NCBI RefSeq assembly: GCF_018350175.1
Contig: NC_058368.1
Location: 210,120,001 to 210,184,000, forward strand
Source: Felis catus
Lineage: Eukaryota
Length of the DNA stretch: 64,000 nucleotides
Direction of reading: 5' to 3'
The notes beneath the pieces are model-generated. The model made no database searches. It was not told the origin of the DNA and saw only the letters and a program-made list of their open reading frames with translations. Position numbers and translations under genes: made by a program. Shown one piece after another: positions 51,065 through 64,000 of the stretch (position 1 is the first letter of the stretch; every line of letters starts with the position of its first letter).

Positions 51065-53129
51065 TGTTGCAGCCAGATCTGAGGCTCATCTGTGAAAGGG
51101 CCAAAACTAATTTTGCTTCAAATGCCAAGGCAATGTTTATGGAGTGAGGCAATATTTCTGATAACCAAGACCCGAATGTTGATGTTCAATGGATTAAAGA
51201 TCAATGGTGGCAATTTCAGAGTGTGAGCACCTTGAATAGGTAAGCAGTTTGGTGCTATGCCAGTGTCGCCTCCTCAATTCGTAGAGAGGAACAAGCGTTC
51301 AAGCAGAACAACCTCTAATACAACCATTTGCGCCTCCCATGTTTTAACAAATAGCAATTATGGGAATCCAGCCAACTGTGCTACCTGAGAAATTCTTTGA
51401 GCTAAAAACATACAGTGACTTAGAGTAACACAACTCTAGACAGCCACAAAAGCCTGCCTTGATGAGCTTTATGATAAGCATGTTACATAAGCCATTGTGA
51501 GAGCCTGAAACTCTACATTCTCGTCCACAATGTCTTTGATGGAAGGAAGCGTGATCTTAAAAAAAAATCTCCCATGGAATGTTATAAAGGAGCAGAGGAT
51601 CTGTTATTTAAAATCAATAGAAATTCTAAAGTCGTAACACTAGTTCATGAGTATTGAACTAAAATGGCCATGTAATAATCCCTGCAGTGTTTTGGGGGTT
51701 GTAGTGAGGCTCTGGCCAGGGCTTCATGGTTTTCATGTTTGCATGTTAGGGGTCTTTTATCCTATTCTTTGAGGATAAGAGTGATAAATGTAATACTGCT
51801 GCTTTTTACTTATACTTGTCATTCAAAGCACTCTGAACACTTTCAAAGAGTAGATACACACTATCATAAACACTTTTGAAACAAGGCAGGTTATTAATTA
51901 AATAACTCACTTGCATACTAATGTCCAAGGCATATGTTCCTGCTTCCTAAATATGGTTCAACTGAAAAAAGAAAACTCGCCTATAAACTTAGGACCATTC
52001 ATATTGTTTAACCAAGCACTATGCTTTCTGAGCTATAAGTTCTAATCATAAAATATCATTTTTCCCAGTATCCATCCCAAACGCAGTCGTTGAGAAGATC
52101 AATTATTTACCTGTAACATGCCATTCAACAGTGGCATCTTTTTGACATCACAGCGAGTTGGTAAGGGAATAAGCTTGAGTTTCATAGAAATTCTAACTCA
52201 TCTTTAATCAAATTGAAGTAAAAAATGCCAAATATTATTCACTTGTTTTTTGACCCAACCAGACTTCACTTTCTACACTCTGACTCTTTGCTTTTATTTA
52301 CAAGCAAAAAGCAAAGTATAATATGCCCATTATGAGCTACTAACTTGGTAGTGTTTCTGAAAACTAAGGGTATGGCTTATTATAACTGATTCTAACTATG
52401 GCTGATAGAGCTGATATTATTTTACATATTCCTATTACATATTACTTTCAGCTATCCTGGCTTTTTTCCAGTGGAAATTGGTGAGTCAAAACAGAGTCTC
52501 CTCCCAGAGCAGAAATGTGATTCGATATGCTGTGTAAGAACCCAGGAGTCTCTGTAATCAAGTAATCAACCACAGGGTCACTGCCCAGGGCTGACTCAAT
52601 AATGCACAACGGTGGGACATAGAGGAACCAGGCAGTAAGTCTCCCTGGGGATTGTCCCTATTCCCTAATGTTGTGGCACTGGAAACTAAGTTTAAAGCAT
52701 TCTTGTTTTTGGTGTCATCAGCCCTCAGGAGAGATATAATGAATGAAAGAATGAGCAAAGCAGACTATTTAAGCAGGTCATGCATGTTTACCTGGACAAG
52801 AGGACTTTATAAATATTCCATCTAAAAAATCATATATTTATATAAAATATAAACCATGTTTAAATATATATGTGTATGCATATATATATTTCAGACACCA
52901 CCTGTACCTCCAACACTGCAGCTGGGAGTCAGGAATCTCTATGACATTCCCAGAGTAATTACAGTGCTCAGCCAGGTTGGAAAATCAAGCTCCTAGATTT
53001 TCAGATACACTCCCAAATCCTACTCATATTTTTTGTTTTAAATCTATTTCTTTCTCCTCAGGCTACAGCCAAAGACAAAACAGGAATCTCCTTATTTTCT
53101 CAAGTCTTTATATTCACAGAATAAGTATT

Positions 53130-53270
53130 GAATAACCTCTTGCATTGTTTGCCAAACATTTGTTTCATTTGACAAATGAAGACACAAACTCAGAGATGTT
53201 AAGTACCTGGTTCGAGGTTACACAGTCCACTAATGGAGCACCAGGGCTAGAAGGCTGGCTGTTTTAGCCT
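53130..53270 (-). mobile_element. MIR core
   Basis: cattttgacaaatgaagacacaaactcagagatgttaagtacctggttcgaggttacacag. Confidence 0.75.
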
Positions 53271-53585
53271 CTGTGGTCAGCTGACCATTCCTTTTCCCCC
53301 TTCTCCCAGCTTTACATCCAAGCGTAAGAAGAATGGAGGCATCTAAGGGCTTCCTTGAAAAATCAGACATAAATCAGGGTAAATGTAAGATATTAATCCC
53401 CATGCAATATTTTCTCTTAGAGAGAATCCTACACAGTGAAAAAGACTTATGAGACATATCAACCAAAGACCATGTGTAGACCTTTGGGTCCAGTTTGAAC
53501 AAAATGTAAAAATGTTTTGAAATTATTGATAATGATTAAATCCAAGTGATGGGCACATAGGGCTTATTATGCTATTCTTTCTACC

Positions 53586-53595
53586 TATATATACC

Positions 53596-53651
<56 letters not shown>

Positions 53652-53692
53652 CACACATATATATACATATATATGCACACACATATATATAT
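53586..53692. repeat. (TA)/(CA) compound microsatellite
   Basis: Seen directly; lies in an L1ME-like 3' relic (~53400-53720). Confidence 0.9.
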
Positions 53693-55453
53693 TTAAATTT
53701 CTCGCTATAAAACTTTTTTTTAAAAGAATCCATTTCTCTCAAGGGCTGACTTACAGTTTTATGGGTTATTTGACTTACCTATATAATAATATGCTTATCA
53801 GTGAGGTCCGCAGCTTGATAGAATGTTGATAGCTTTATGTCACTCTGAAAGAAAATGCTTCAGCCTTCTGCCATGACTGCTGTGAAGCAGGAGATAAATG
53901 CCAACCGTTAAAGCAGAAACTATGTTTCCTCTAACAATTGGAATCTCTTTCAAAGTAGCTAAATACTTCTATAACCTGTTGTACTGTGAGGGGCCCAAAA
54001 CAGGTAGACTATTAAAATAATAAAGGTGGTTTAATAAGTCATGGCAATTATGAAAGAACAATCACACATATCACAAGGGTTTTTATAAGTCAGAGTATGT
54101 TTGGGGAATTGTTCATCGCCTCAAAGCGGAAGGAGAACACCCATCCAGATCCGGCAAAGAGGTAACCTTCTAGTTAGGGTTTCAAGCTTAGCACCAATTT
54201 CCAAGTGCGCCCAGGAAGCTGTGGAGCTCAGACTTTGAGGCTAAGCACTCTGCCCTTCTCCTTCATCCTGGCCCACCACCTCCGTTCAGAATCTACAAAG
54301 AGCTGTGGAATCTTGAAGGGCAGCATCTAGTAACGTTCATTACAATTTCAGGGGTAACAGCTTCTGAGTTAAATGAAAGGTGTTTAGGGTTTGTTTTTAA
54401 ACAGTAATTAACTATGCTATTATTTCAATGAATATTTCAATGAAATATGCTATTTCAACACAAGAAACCACTGGAAATCTCTTTGTTTTGTGACCTAGAA
54501 GTAGACATGGAGAGTCTAAAGGGAATCAGAGGTAGATTTCTGGGAAGATAATGTTTTATGTGTTTATTTGTCTTCCAGAACTCCAAATAGTTGCGTTGGC
54601 AGGCAGACTGCTCTATAACTGCCCCCTTCTGAAGACTCAGAGGTGTTTACAGAAACTGAAAGTCCCAGCAGTATATTTCCATGAGCTCATTACCAGTTCC
54701 GCTTATACCCTTCAGATGTTGCATGTGCAAATGAACATCCATGCAGTATAAACCCCTGCCTTGAGCTTTTGTTCTAATTACAAAGTAGCACAAGTCAGAA
54801 ACGTGGTGACTATAACATCAGGGCATCTTTTTAGAATCCCTGCTTTGGTCACTATTATTCAAAGCAACTCCAATGCCATTTCTTGCCTGCCTCTTTATGC
54901 TAATCAGCCTAGCTCCCTCGGCCCCTCCTCCTTCAGCTTCCTTTAAGAACTGTTCACTTTCAGCTGTCACAGAGGGTAACTCAGACCAGGCTTGGAAATC
55001 ACTGGATTTAACTCAGCAGCACTTTTTAAATTTTGTGTATCTTATTCTAGCAGTCCTCTCGAAATACTAGAGGCATTAGGTTTCGTGTCAGCAGATGGGT
55101 CAAAACATTGCCAAAACTGTAATTGGTTAGAAATAGTTACTTTGTAGGATTTTACACTGTAGAGGGGAAAGCTTCAAAGTACTTTGAAATGAAAGACAAA
55201 TTAAGCTGTGCTTTTACCCAAATGAATTGGCATCTTTGTATGTAGGGGAAGTTATATTGGTCAATATTTATTTCAAGAATCATGACTAGAAAGCACTTGG
55301 AAGTTTATTAGAGAAGTAAATGTTTTACACTCAAGGACGGGATCTGCATGTACCTCTGGGGCTCTGGGTGTCTGGTGAAGACCATTTTAGGTGACTAACC
55401 AGGGGAAGGAAATGTCCTAGTGATACTGGAACCACAGCCGTATTGCCAGCACC

Positions 55454-55544
55454 ATGTCTACTGCACAGAGAAAAGACAGCAGGCACCTGTTTAACAGTTT
55501 TTACACCTGTAAACTGAAGCTTCCAGAAGACCAGCGACAGCAAG
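55454..55544 (+). other. Candidate ATG-containing exon (MSTAQRKDSRHLFNSFYTCKLKLPEDQRQQ)
   Basis: gcaccATG with A at -3, 30 open codons, consensus donor AAG/gtgagt; protein not recognised. Confidence 0.2.
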
Positions 55545-56361
55545 GTGAGTCAGCCAGGCTAACGCGTTCTGTGACCTGGCCATTTGCATTCCAGGAGGAA
55601 TGGTAGGCTGGGGAAGTGCCTGGGGAATCTCTGGTTGGAAGATGCTTTATAATCTTTGATGTTTTTTTTTTAACTCTGAGAATAGACATAATAGTAATGC
55701 ATAAGGGTGAGTTAACTTGGGTTCACTCCTGGTTTTTAAAGGACTATGGGAGACTATCAAGAATGCTATTCCTTGGACTTGTCCTTCTGAGGCTTATGTG
55801 CTGAGACTTCCAGCCACTGTTGTTTTTCTAGAGTATGCTATATTTGTGTAATTCAAAACACCCATCCAGGGAAGGCTAAATCAGCTACAAGGGGAATTTG
55901 CTGAGATTAGCTTTATGTTACACTGGAACTGTCTTCCCTGTCCTGCCACTAATGGCACACTTTTGGATTTAAAGTTGAAGCCTAATTTTGCCTGGATCTC
56001 TGACTCACTCACTTGTGGGAAAAATAAATATATTCTTGGCTCTTTCCCTGTTACGATGTAGGAACAGCTGGAGAAAGACAGTGAAAAGTGTCACATTTCA
56101 CATGATGGGCACTCATTCAGACTAAGCTATCTACCTGGCAGTCATTTTCACCATCAGTCTTTTTTAAAATTTCAAATCCACTACCCAGCCAGCTGCATCA
56201 ATTAGTGGCAGATGGCTGACATGAATAGACAAGATGATCTTTCCAACCCATTCTGGCACGGACAGCAAAGGACACTTGAAAAAAAGGCAGGGTGCTGTCA
56301 CAGATGACATCATCACTCCCCAGAGGTTAAGGATTGGCCCCGGACATTTCTAACGTGCCCT

Positions 56362-56389
56362 TAGACAGATCCACTGATGGATCTGTCTA
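56362..56389. repeat. Perfect inverted repeat, 12-bp stem and 4-nt loop
   Basis: tagacagatcca-ctga-tggatctgtcta. Confidence 0.9.
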
Positions 56390-56829
56390 TGTAGGGATCT
56401 AGGCTGCAAGCTCTTTATTTACTTTTCCACAGACACGGTTTTAGATTTTAGTGGCGTGGACAGAGCTGGCTAATGGGCTGAAACCTCCCATTTCCAAGGT
56501 GGCACCTGTGTGCTAACGTTTGCATGAAGGTGTCAGGCCACTTTCTTGCATTAGTTCCTGGACTTCACGCTGTACAAGGCTTACCATAGTGGGGGTAGAA
56601 AATACTTTGTAATAAATGGAAACAGCAAAAACTTTTGAGTATCGGTATCATCAGGGCTGAAATAAGTCATTTTAAACTAACTGCTTTAGCATGTAAAGTC
56701 CTGGAATGTGCCAGAGTTTAATCATAGCACTATAAAAGTTGTGCTCTTCTGTTAGTAAACGCTAGTCCATCATAGGTTTTTGTTGGCTGTTCATTTTGTT
56801 TGAAATGTTTAAAGCTACTTCCCCACTCC

Positions 56830-57780
56830 AATTGCTAATGTAATATTTATTATATAAAATTTGCCAGGGGGAGCATAGAGGAGATGGTTAAAATCACCAC
56901 CCAGAGAGTGTTGTTCTTAACCTTTTAGTGCATAGTCTTCCAGCCTTTTCTTCTGTGCCCACGTACAACGTACTCTTTTGCTTGATTTTTAAACAAAATA
57001 GAGTTATTTTATATATAACATTGTATGAACTGCTTTTTAATTTAATAATTGATTATGAACAAATTTCCATGTCATCATTCATGCGCATATATTCTTCTAC
57101 AACCTTATTTTAGCTATTTATTCATTCATTCATTCATTCATTTAAATTTATTTTTGAGAAAGAGAGAGAGTGTGAATGCATAAGCAGAGAAGAGGCAAAG
57201 AGAGAGGGAGAGAGAGAATCCCAAGAAGGCTCCACATTCAGCATGGAGACCGACACTGGGCTCGATTCCATGACCCTGAAATCATGACCTGAGCCCAAAT
57301 CAAGAGTCCAGTGCTCAACCGAGTCACCCAGGTGCTCCTCTGCAGCCTTGTTTTTAGCAGTTGTATGCTCTTCCTTAAATGGATGTAGTAAAATTCCTTT
57401 AGGCAATTCTCTATGATTAGACATGTATTTTATTTCTATTTTTTCCCTTTTACAAACAACATTGTGTTTAACCTAAGCAAATGGATAAATCATTGCAGAG
57501 GTAAGATTATTTTCTTGGGATACATTCTTAGTGGTGGAATTGCGAGGTCAAAGGATATATATGTTTTTTTAAGATTTTTGTTGTTGTGGGGTTTTTTTGT
57601 TGGTTTGTTTGCTTATTTTTTGACAGTTGGCCCTCCAGTCAGCAGTATAGGGGTATATTCTCAGTAATATTGGGTATTATTTTTATTTTTCCCCAATTTT
57701 CAAAGTGGAAAATACTATGCTGCTGTGGTTTTAATTTAAGTCAGGCTGTCTTAATGTTCTCTTCCTTTATTGGCCATACC
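56830..57780 (-). mobile_element. Ancient L1ME-like 3' region, interrupted by a SINE
   Basis: ttcttgggatacattcttagtggtggaattgcgaggtcaaagg and similar antisense L1 motifs. Confidence 0.7.
57114..57338 (-). mobile_element. Can-SINE (older) with (TTCA)n tail
   Basis: Full body; degenerate TSD tctacaaccttatttt / tctgcagccttgtttt. Confidence 0.93.
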
Positions 57781-58917
57781 CAGAGGAGACTGGAAAAATC
57801 ATTATGATGACATACTTCCCAAAATACCAAGAAGACTAGAAGTCTAGTCTTTTTTTCTCAGACTGAAGCTTTTGCCTAGAATATTTTGAAAGCAACCATA
57901 TTCTTCCACAACTGAGTCTCAAAATATCAGTCCCCAGAAACCACAATCCATAAGGTTGTAAAGCACATGAATGCAATTGAGAACAGTGTTCAACGGCATT
58001 GACTACTACAAGAACTGTCATCTAGAGATCTGAATTGACAAGTGACACTGGGCAGTGTTTGCTAGGCTGCTGAGTAGCATTCAGTTACTCTTCTGGAGTT
58101 TAAAAGTATTCATTGAGTATAGTGGCCTTGATTTTTTTTCCTCCAAGGTACATTGGCACCTTGCTATTATGCAAAGTTCAGCAGAGGTCCAAGAAAGCAA
58201 AGCGATTGGTTTCAGAGAGTGAAGTCTGGCTATGAATTTGTTTATGGAGGCATTCTGAGTTTGTGGCTTTGGCCTACCTCCCAAACCACACCAAAGTTCC
58301 AGCTTTTTAATATACAAACCATGATTAATTGGCATTTAACTCCTCAGAGGGCATAACCAGATTCAACACATAGGTACTTTCTAACCCTCCCTGCTATATG
58401 GTGAAGTGCTTTATGTTATAAAATTGTACTTTTTGGGTGATCACTTAGATAAAAGTCACTTATTGTTTAGCAACTATCTGAACAACGACTATGCAAAGCA
58501 CTGTGCCAGACATGGTACATCAGTTGAACCAAGCCAACTAAACTATGGTTTCCAGTCCCCATAGTATTTGCATTCTATAACAGCAGATGCTAAACAGTCC
58601 AGCACAGGAATCCAGTAGGCTTCTCTCCCTACTTGTTGCTGTCTTTATAGATTCTTCTGTGATAGTTCAAATCTATTTATCTATAACATTGATCTGAGAT
58701 CACATTTATAAACATTAACTTATATGTCTACAAAGCCTCAACAAAGTTCAGTTCATATTACATGTGCTAGGTAGACTTAACCATACTTATGTTTTATAAA
58801 CCATGTTTATGTTTATATACTTTAAAATTCACAAAGTAAATGTTTAGAATGCTTTAAAAATTACACAATTCTCAATACATTATCTTATTTAATTTTTGCA
58901 ATAGTCAGGTGAGGTAG

Positions 58918-58967
58918 TGTATTAGTTAAGGTTCTCCAGAAAAACAGAATCTCTAGGATGTGTGTGT

Positions 58968-59008
<41 letters not shown>

Positions 59009-59290
59009 GATAGAGATCAAAATTTATTTTAAGAGATTGCCTCACACAATTAGGGAAGATGGAAAGTCCAAAATGCACTGTGTGGGCCACCAGGCTGGAG
59101 TCCCAGGCAAATTGCTGACCAACATTACAGTTGAAATCTGAAAGTGGTCTGCTGGCAGAATTCCCTCTTGCTTAGGGCAGGTCAGTCTTTTTTATATCCA
59201 GGCCTTTAGCTGATGGATGAGACCCACCAACATTCTGGAGGGCAATCTGCTTTACTCACAGTCCACCAGTTTAAATGTAAATCTCATCCA
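58918..59290 (-). mobile_element. MLT2 (D-like) ERVL LTR, incomplete, containing (TG)n at 58959-59005
   Basis: tgtattagttaaggttctccagaaaaacagaa start; gagggcaatctgctttactca motif. Confidence 0.88.
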
Positions 59291-59463
59291 GGAGCACCTG
59301 AGTGACTCAGTTGGTGAAGTGTCCAACTTCAGCTCAGGTCACGATCTCACAGCTTGTGAGTTTGAGCCCCGCATTGGGCTCTACACTGACAACTCAGAGC
59401 CTGGAGCCTGCTTTGGATTCTGTGTCTCCCTCTCTCTCTTTGCCCCTCCCCTGCTCATGCTCA
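59291..59463 (+). mobile_element. Can-SINE lacking its 3' tail
   Basis: Body ends at ctgctcatgctc; no AATAAA, A-tail or TSD. Confidence 0.92.
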
Positions 59464-59568
59464 TATATAGCTATCTCATAAAATCCATGATTTTTGAGAT
59501 ACAATGTTTAATTTTTTTTTATTGATCCATATCAGAGAAACTTCTCTGCAGATATTCAAGATGCATTA

Positions 59569-60290
59569 GTGTTCCTTCTGATTTTTCTTGTTCTGACACC
59601 AACTGGGTGTACTACAATTTAATTAAATTCTGTCATTATCCAGAGTTAATGAAGACTCCAGAAGTTAAGGGCTCAGTCTCAAGAGACCGATCCACTTAAG
59701 TGCTAGCTACAAATTTCAGGTGTCTCCAAGCCACCTCCATTTCTGCCTGGATGACTACAAATTTAAGGCTTCCCACAACTCTCCCAGGTTTGAAAATTTG
59801 CTAGAATGACTCACAGAACTCAAGAAAGCCCTATACTTATGATCACCATTTTATTATAAAGGATACAAATGAACAGCCAGCTGAACAGATACATAAGGCA
59901 AAGTGTCGGGGGTTTCTGAGCACATGGAGTCAGGGTATCCCACTCTCTCAGGACATCAGTAAGATCATCAGCCAGGAAGCTCCAGTAAGCATGGTGTCCA
60001 GAGTTTCCACATGGGATCTTGCTACATTTGCATGATTGATTAAATCAGTGACTATGATTGAACTCTGGCTTCAATCTCTCTTCCCTCTCTGGAGGTTGGA
60101 AATGGAAAGTAGGGCTAGAAGGTCCAACCCTATACAACCTTGTTCTTTTTGGTGTGGCCAGCCTCTCCCTTGAGTTTCCTCGTTAGCATAACAAAGACAA
60201 ATGGCCATCAGTTAGGAAATTCAGAGGGTTTTTCAAGCTCTGTGCAAGGAATGGAGAGCTAAAACCAGATCTATTCTTTATTACATCACA
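59569..60290 (-). mobile_element. MER21/MER77-like ERVL LTR
   Basis: ttctgacaccaactgggtgt, aatttgctagaatgactcacagaactca, ttattataaaggatacaa; end ttattacatcaca. Confidence 0.82.
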
Positions 60291-61150
60291 TTTTGGCTGT
60301 CATTTTCAGGATGAATTCTTTTCTTAATGTTAAGACAGTTTCCTGCAAGTCAAGGAACACAGATTAACGCCCTCAACCACTTATTTATTCAGTACAGTTT
60401 TTACCAAGAGCTGGGAGCTATATTAGACACCAGAAATGCAAGTTTTTCTGCCCAAGTTTATTTTCTGTCATGTGCTTTTTTGAGGAATTCAGTAATAAGA
60501 ACTCAGCTAATGGTACTTTTTCAACTTTTTGGGTGAAAGAAAAAGTGATTTGACTCCATAATATTGTGACCCTGCTGCATTAATCCTCATTCTGTGTATT
60601 TTGGCCACACTCTTCTTGAGGGTTCCAGAAGGCACTTAATTTAGCTTTGAACTTAGTAAATATAAATATAAAGGCTAAGTGGGGCATGTTTACTGTGAGA
60701 CCAAATTTGCTCTGAGTCTAAACCATAAAACACAAATTATATTTAGATTGCCGCAAATGCACTATTTCCCTTGAAAATACTCTGTGAACATTTATGAATA
60801 TACTTAATTTAGAACACTTAAAAAATTTAAGTGCTAAGGAATGAAGATACAACCATGAGAAAGGAAACCCAGTGGTGGCAAACAATGAAATAATGCCTTT
60901 TATATGAAAAGATAATGTGAGATACACACATTATGCTTCTCAAAATAGATTTGTATTAGCTTTCCTTCTTTGTGATTCTAAAACAGTGAAATGGCATAGA
61001 CAACATGACATCTTTTGGGTGATACATGGCTAAATAAACGAGGATCAGAGGAAGGAACCCTGCACATGTTTCTGTTTTTCTTCCACCAAAAGGGAACCTC
61101 AAAGTGGCTCAAATGAGTTTTGTTCTATCTACAAAACCATTACTCACATT

Positions 61151-61370
61151 AAAAAAAAATTTTTTTTTAACGTTTATTTATTTTTGAGACAGAGAGAGAC
61201 AGAGCATGAACGGGGGAAGGTCAGAGAGAGGGAGACACAGAATCTGAAACAGGCTCCAGGCTCTGAGCTGTCGGCACAGAGCCCAACTCGGGGCTCGAAC
61301 TCATGGACCGCGAAATCATGACCTGAGCCGAAGTCGGCCGCTTAACCGACTGAGCCACCCAGGAGCCCCC
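61151..61370 (-). mobile_element. Can-SINE
   Basis: TSD cattactcacatt. Confidence 0.97.
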
Positions 61371-61543
61371 CATTACTCACATTTAAAGGCACAAATTGGT
61401 GGAAACAAATATAGACCATTTAAAAATAACTAGAAAGGAGAGAACTCATATTCTATTAGATTTGATCGTATTCAAGCTCCCACTCAGTGCAGGAATTCTT
61501 TCCACTAAGCTTTCTTAATAGATGGCACATTTATGAGGATCTG

Positions 61544-61546
<3 letters not shown>

Positions 61547-61591
<45 letters not shown>
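61547..61591. repeat. Pure (AT)~22 microsatellite
   Basis: Seen directly. Confidence 0.95.
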
Positions 61592-61592
<1 letters not shown>

Positions 61593-61609
61593 GGTTTAAA
61601 CTCCATTTT

Positions 61610-62315
61610 CCCACTTCACACTCATTAGGATGGCTACTATCAAAAGAAAAAAATAGAAAATAGCAAGTGTTGGCAAGAATGTGGAGAAATTAGAACTCTT
61701 ATACACTGCTGGTGGGAATGGAAAATAGTGCATCTGCTGGAAAATAGTATGGAAATTCCTCAAAAACTGCAAATAGAATTACCATGTGATCCAGCAATTC
61801 TACTTCCAGGTATATCCCCCCAAAAAGTGACAGCAGGGAATCAAACAGGTACTTGCACACCAATGCTCATAGTAGCATTATTTACAATAGCCAAAAGATT
61901 AAAGCACATCTTTCCATTAAGTGAATAAACAAAATGTGGTATATATATATATATATATATACACACAAAAATATTATTCAGCCTTAAAAAGAAAGTAAAT
62001 TCAGATACATGCTACACCATGGATGAATCTTGAGGACATTATGCTAAATGAAACAAGCAAGTCACAAAGAGATGAATACTATATGATTCCACTCATATGA
62101 GATTGCTAGAGTAGTCATTTTCAGAGACATAGAGCAGAATGGGGGTTGCCAAGGGCTGGGAGGGGGAATAGGGAGTTATTATTTAATGGTATAGAGTTTC
62201 AGTTTTGCAAGGTGAATACGTTCTAGAGATTGCACAATAGTGTGAATCAGTTAGCACTATTGAACTATGTGCTTAAAAATGATTAAGATGGTAAATTTTA
62301 ATGGTATGAAAAAAA
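61610..62315 (+). mobile_element. L1MB-like 3' end
   Basis: ORF2 C-terminal remnant (LQIELPCDPAILLPGI, MLIVALFTIAK) plus 3'UTR gagtttcagttttgcaag...aaaatgattaagatggtaaatttt. Confidence 0.9.
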
Positions 62316-62459
62316 ATTTTTAAGCCATTACTGGCCAAAGCCATCCCTAATTATGTTTCTGAATTTGGGCTTAAAAAAACAAAAACAAAACAAACCTTCA
62401 TTTTTCCTATTCCTAAAACCAAAACTAGAAGGAAATATTCTGCTCATCTCTGATTCCCA

Positions 62460-64000
62460 AAAGCTATTTCTTTGAAAACATTAATAAAATTAATAAGCTC
62501 CTAATTTTTACAAAAAAAGAAACAAAACATTACCAATATCAGGAATGATATAGAGTGTCATTATCGATCCTACAGCTATTAGAGTGATAATAAAGGAATA
62601 TTATGAATAACACTGTGCCAGAAAGACACCAAAAAAAAAAAAAAATTCAACAGCCACTCACATAAAATCCCCAAAAGGATTTAGAATAGAAAGGAACTTC
62701 CTCAACCCAAAAAGAACATTTTCAAAAAACTGACAGCTAGTATAGTGCCTTCATTGTCAATGAAAGACTTAATACTTCCCTATGAAGATTGGGAAGCAAG
62801 CAAGGATGTCCACTATAGTCACTTCTATTCAACATTATGGAATAGGACTGAAGGTCTTAGCCAATGTACTAGGTTAAGAAAAAGAAATAGGGGTGCCTGG
62901 GTGGCTCAGTTGGTTGAGCATCTGACTTCGGCTCAGGTCATGATCTCATGGTTTGTGAGTTCGAGCCCCGTGTTGGGCTCTGTGCTGACAGCTCAGAGCC
63001 TGGAGCCTGCTTCGGATTCAGTCTCCCTCTCTCTCTGCTCCTCCCCCACTCATGCTCTGTCTCTGTCTCAGAAATAAATAAACATTAAAAAAAATTTTTT
63101 TTAAAAAGAAAAAGAAAAAAAATAAAAGTTTTATATTTTGGAAGTAAAGAGGTAAAACTATATTCACAGATGAACGATAGCTGGTATAGGAAAAACTTTA
63201 GGAATCAATTAAAAGAAAAAAAAAATACTACAACTAATAAGTGAGTTACCAAGATCACAGATAACAGCATACAAAGTATACTAAAAACAACTATATTTCT
63301 ATATATTAGCAAAGAATAATTGGAAGTTGGAAACTTTTAAGTATTCCTTTAGTAGTACATTTTTTATAAAAAAATAGTAAAGGAGTTATTAACAAAAGAT
63401 GTGCAAGACCTGTACACTTAAAACAAACATTGTAGAGAAAAGCTAGAGAAGATTGAACGAAATACATAAATTGGAAGGTTCAATTTATTAAGATATTAAC
63501 CCTCCCCAAATTGATCTAGAGAGTCAAGGCCATCTCAGTCAAAATTCCCGCAGACTCTTTTTTCATTGACAAGCTAATCTTTAATTTATAAGGAAATGCA
63601 AAGGACCTAAAATAGCTAAAATCTTGAAAAAGAAGAACAAATTTGATAACTTATGCTTTGGATTTCAACTTATAATAATCAAGATGGTATAATATTGGTA
63701 TAAGCATAGAAAACTTATTATTGAAACAGAAGAGGGAGCCCGGAAATTGACTCACTCATTTTTGGCCAGTTTTTGACAAAGATATTGAGATAGTTCAAAG
63801 AAGGAAAAGATACTATTTTTTGTAATACCCCTGGAACAAATAGCCCTCATTACCCACCTCACACAAAAATTAATTTGAGATGAAATATGAAAACACAGAA
63901 GCTTAATCTATAAAACGTCTAGAGGAAAAACATGGGAAAATATTTTCATAAATTGGAACAGGTAATTTTTACAGACACAGAAAGTATTAACCATAAAAAA
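62460..64000 (+). mobile_element. Ancient L1M ORF2 fragments running off the window end
   Basis: aggaacttcctcaac, cacttctattcaacatt, gatgtgcaagacctgtacact, ggaaatgcaaaggacctaaaatagc. Confidence 0.85.
62890..63123 (+). mobile_element. Can-SINE
   Basis: Full body with A-tail, nested in L1. Confidence 0.96.

Noticed and set aside
58153..58356. 67-aa ORF after a ttttttcctccaag acceptor
   Set aside because: No recognisable homology and no in-frame donor before the stop
1..64000. CRISPR arrays, prokaryote-type systems, tRNA genes, CpG island, numt
   Set aside because: None seen; tRNA-like A/B boxes occur only in SINE heads and dense CpG clusters are confined to young SINEs

Overview
Repeat-rich mammalian DNA, felid (cat-like), judged from 35 Can-SINEs including young SINEC_Fc-type copies and cat-type L1 3' ends. 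I recognise no intact protein-coding gene, CpG island, tRNA or rRNA, so the window is intergenic or deep intronic. The ORFs with recognisable homology derive from SINE, L1 or Tigger1; the rest look like chance ORFs. Main contents: a full-length Tigger1 with four nested insertions (15.5-18.7 kb); a ~10 kb antisense L1 mosaic (26.4-36.4 kb) holding a younger 2 kb L1 and a U6 snRNA-L1 chimeric retrocopy; several MaLR/ERVL/ERV1 LTRs; and hAT, L2, CR1 and MIR relics. There is also a TSD-flanked 413-bp insert that looks like a retrocopied mRNA 3' end, two CTCF-like motifs, two near-perfect palindromes and a few unassigned candidate exons. I found no evidence of a new biological system; the best signals are retrotransposition by-products. 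Repeat subfamily names come from memory of consensus sequences and need RepeatMasker/Dfam confirmation. Ends of old repeats are approximate.
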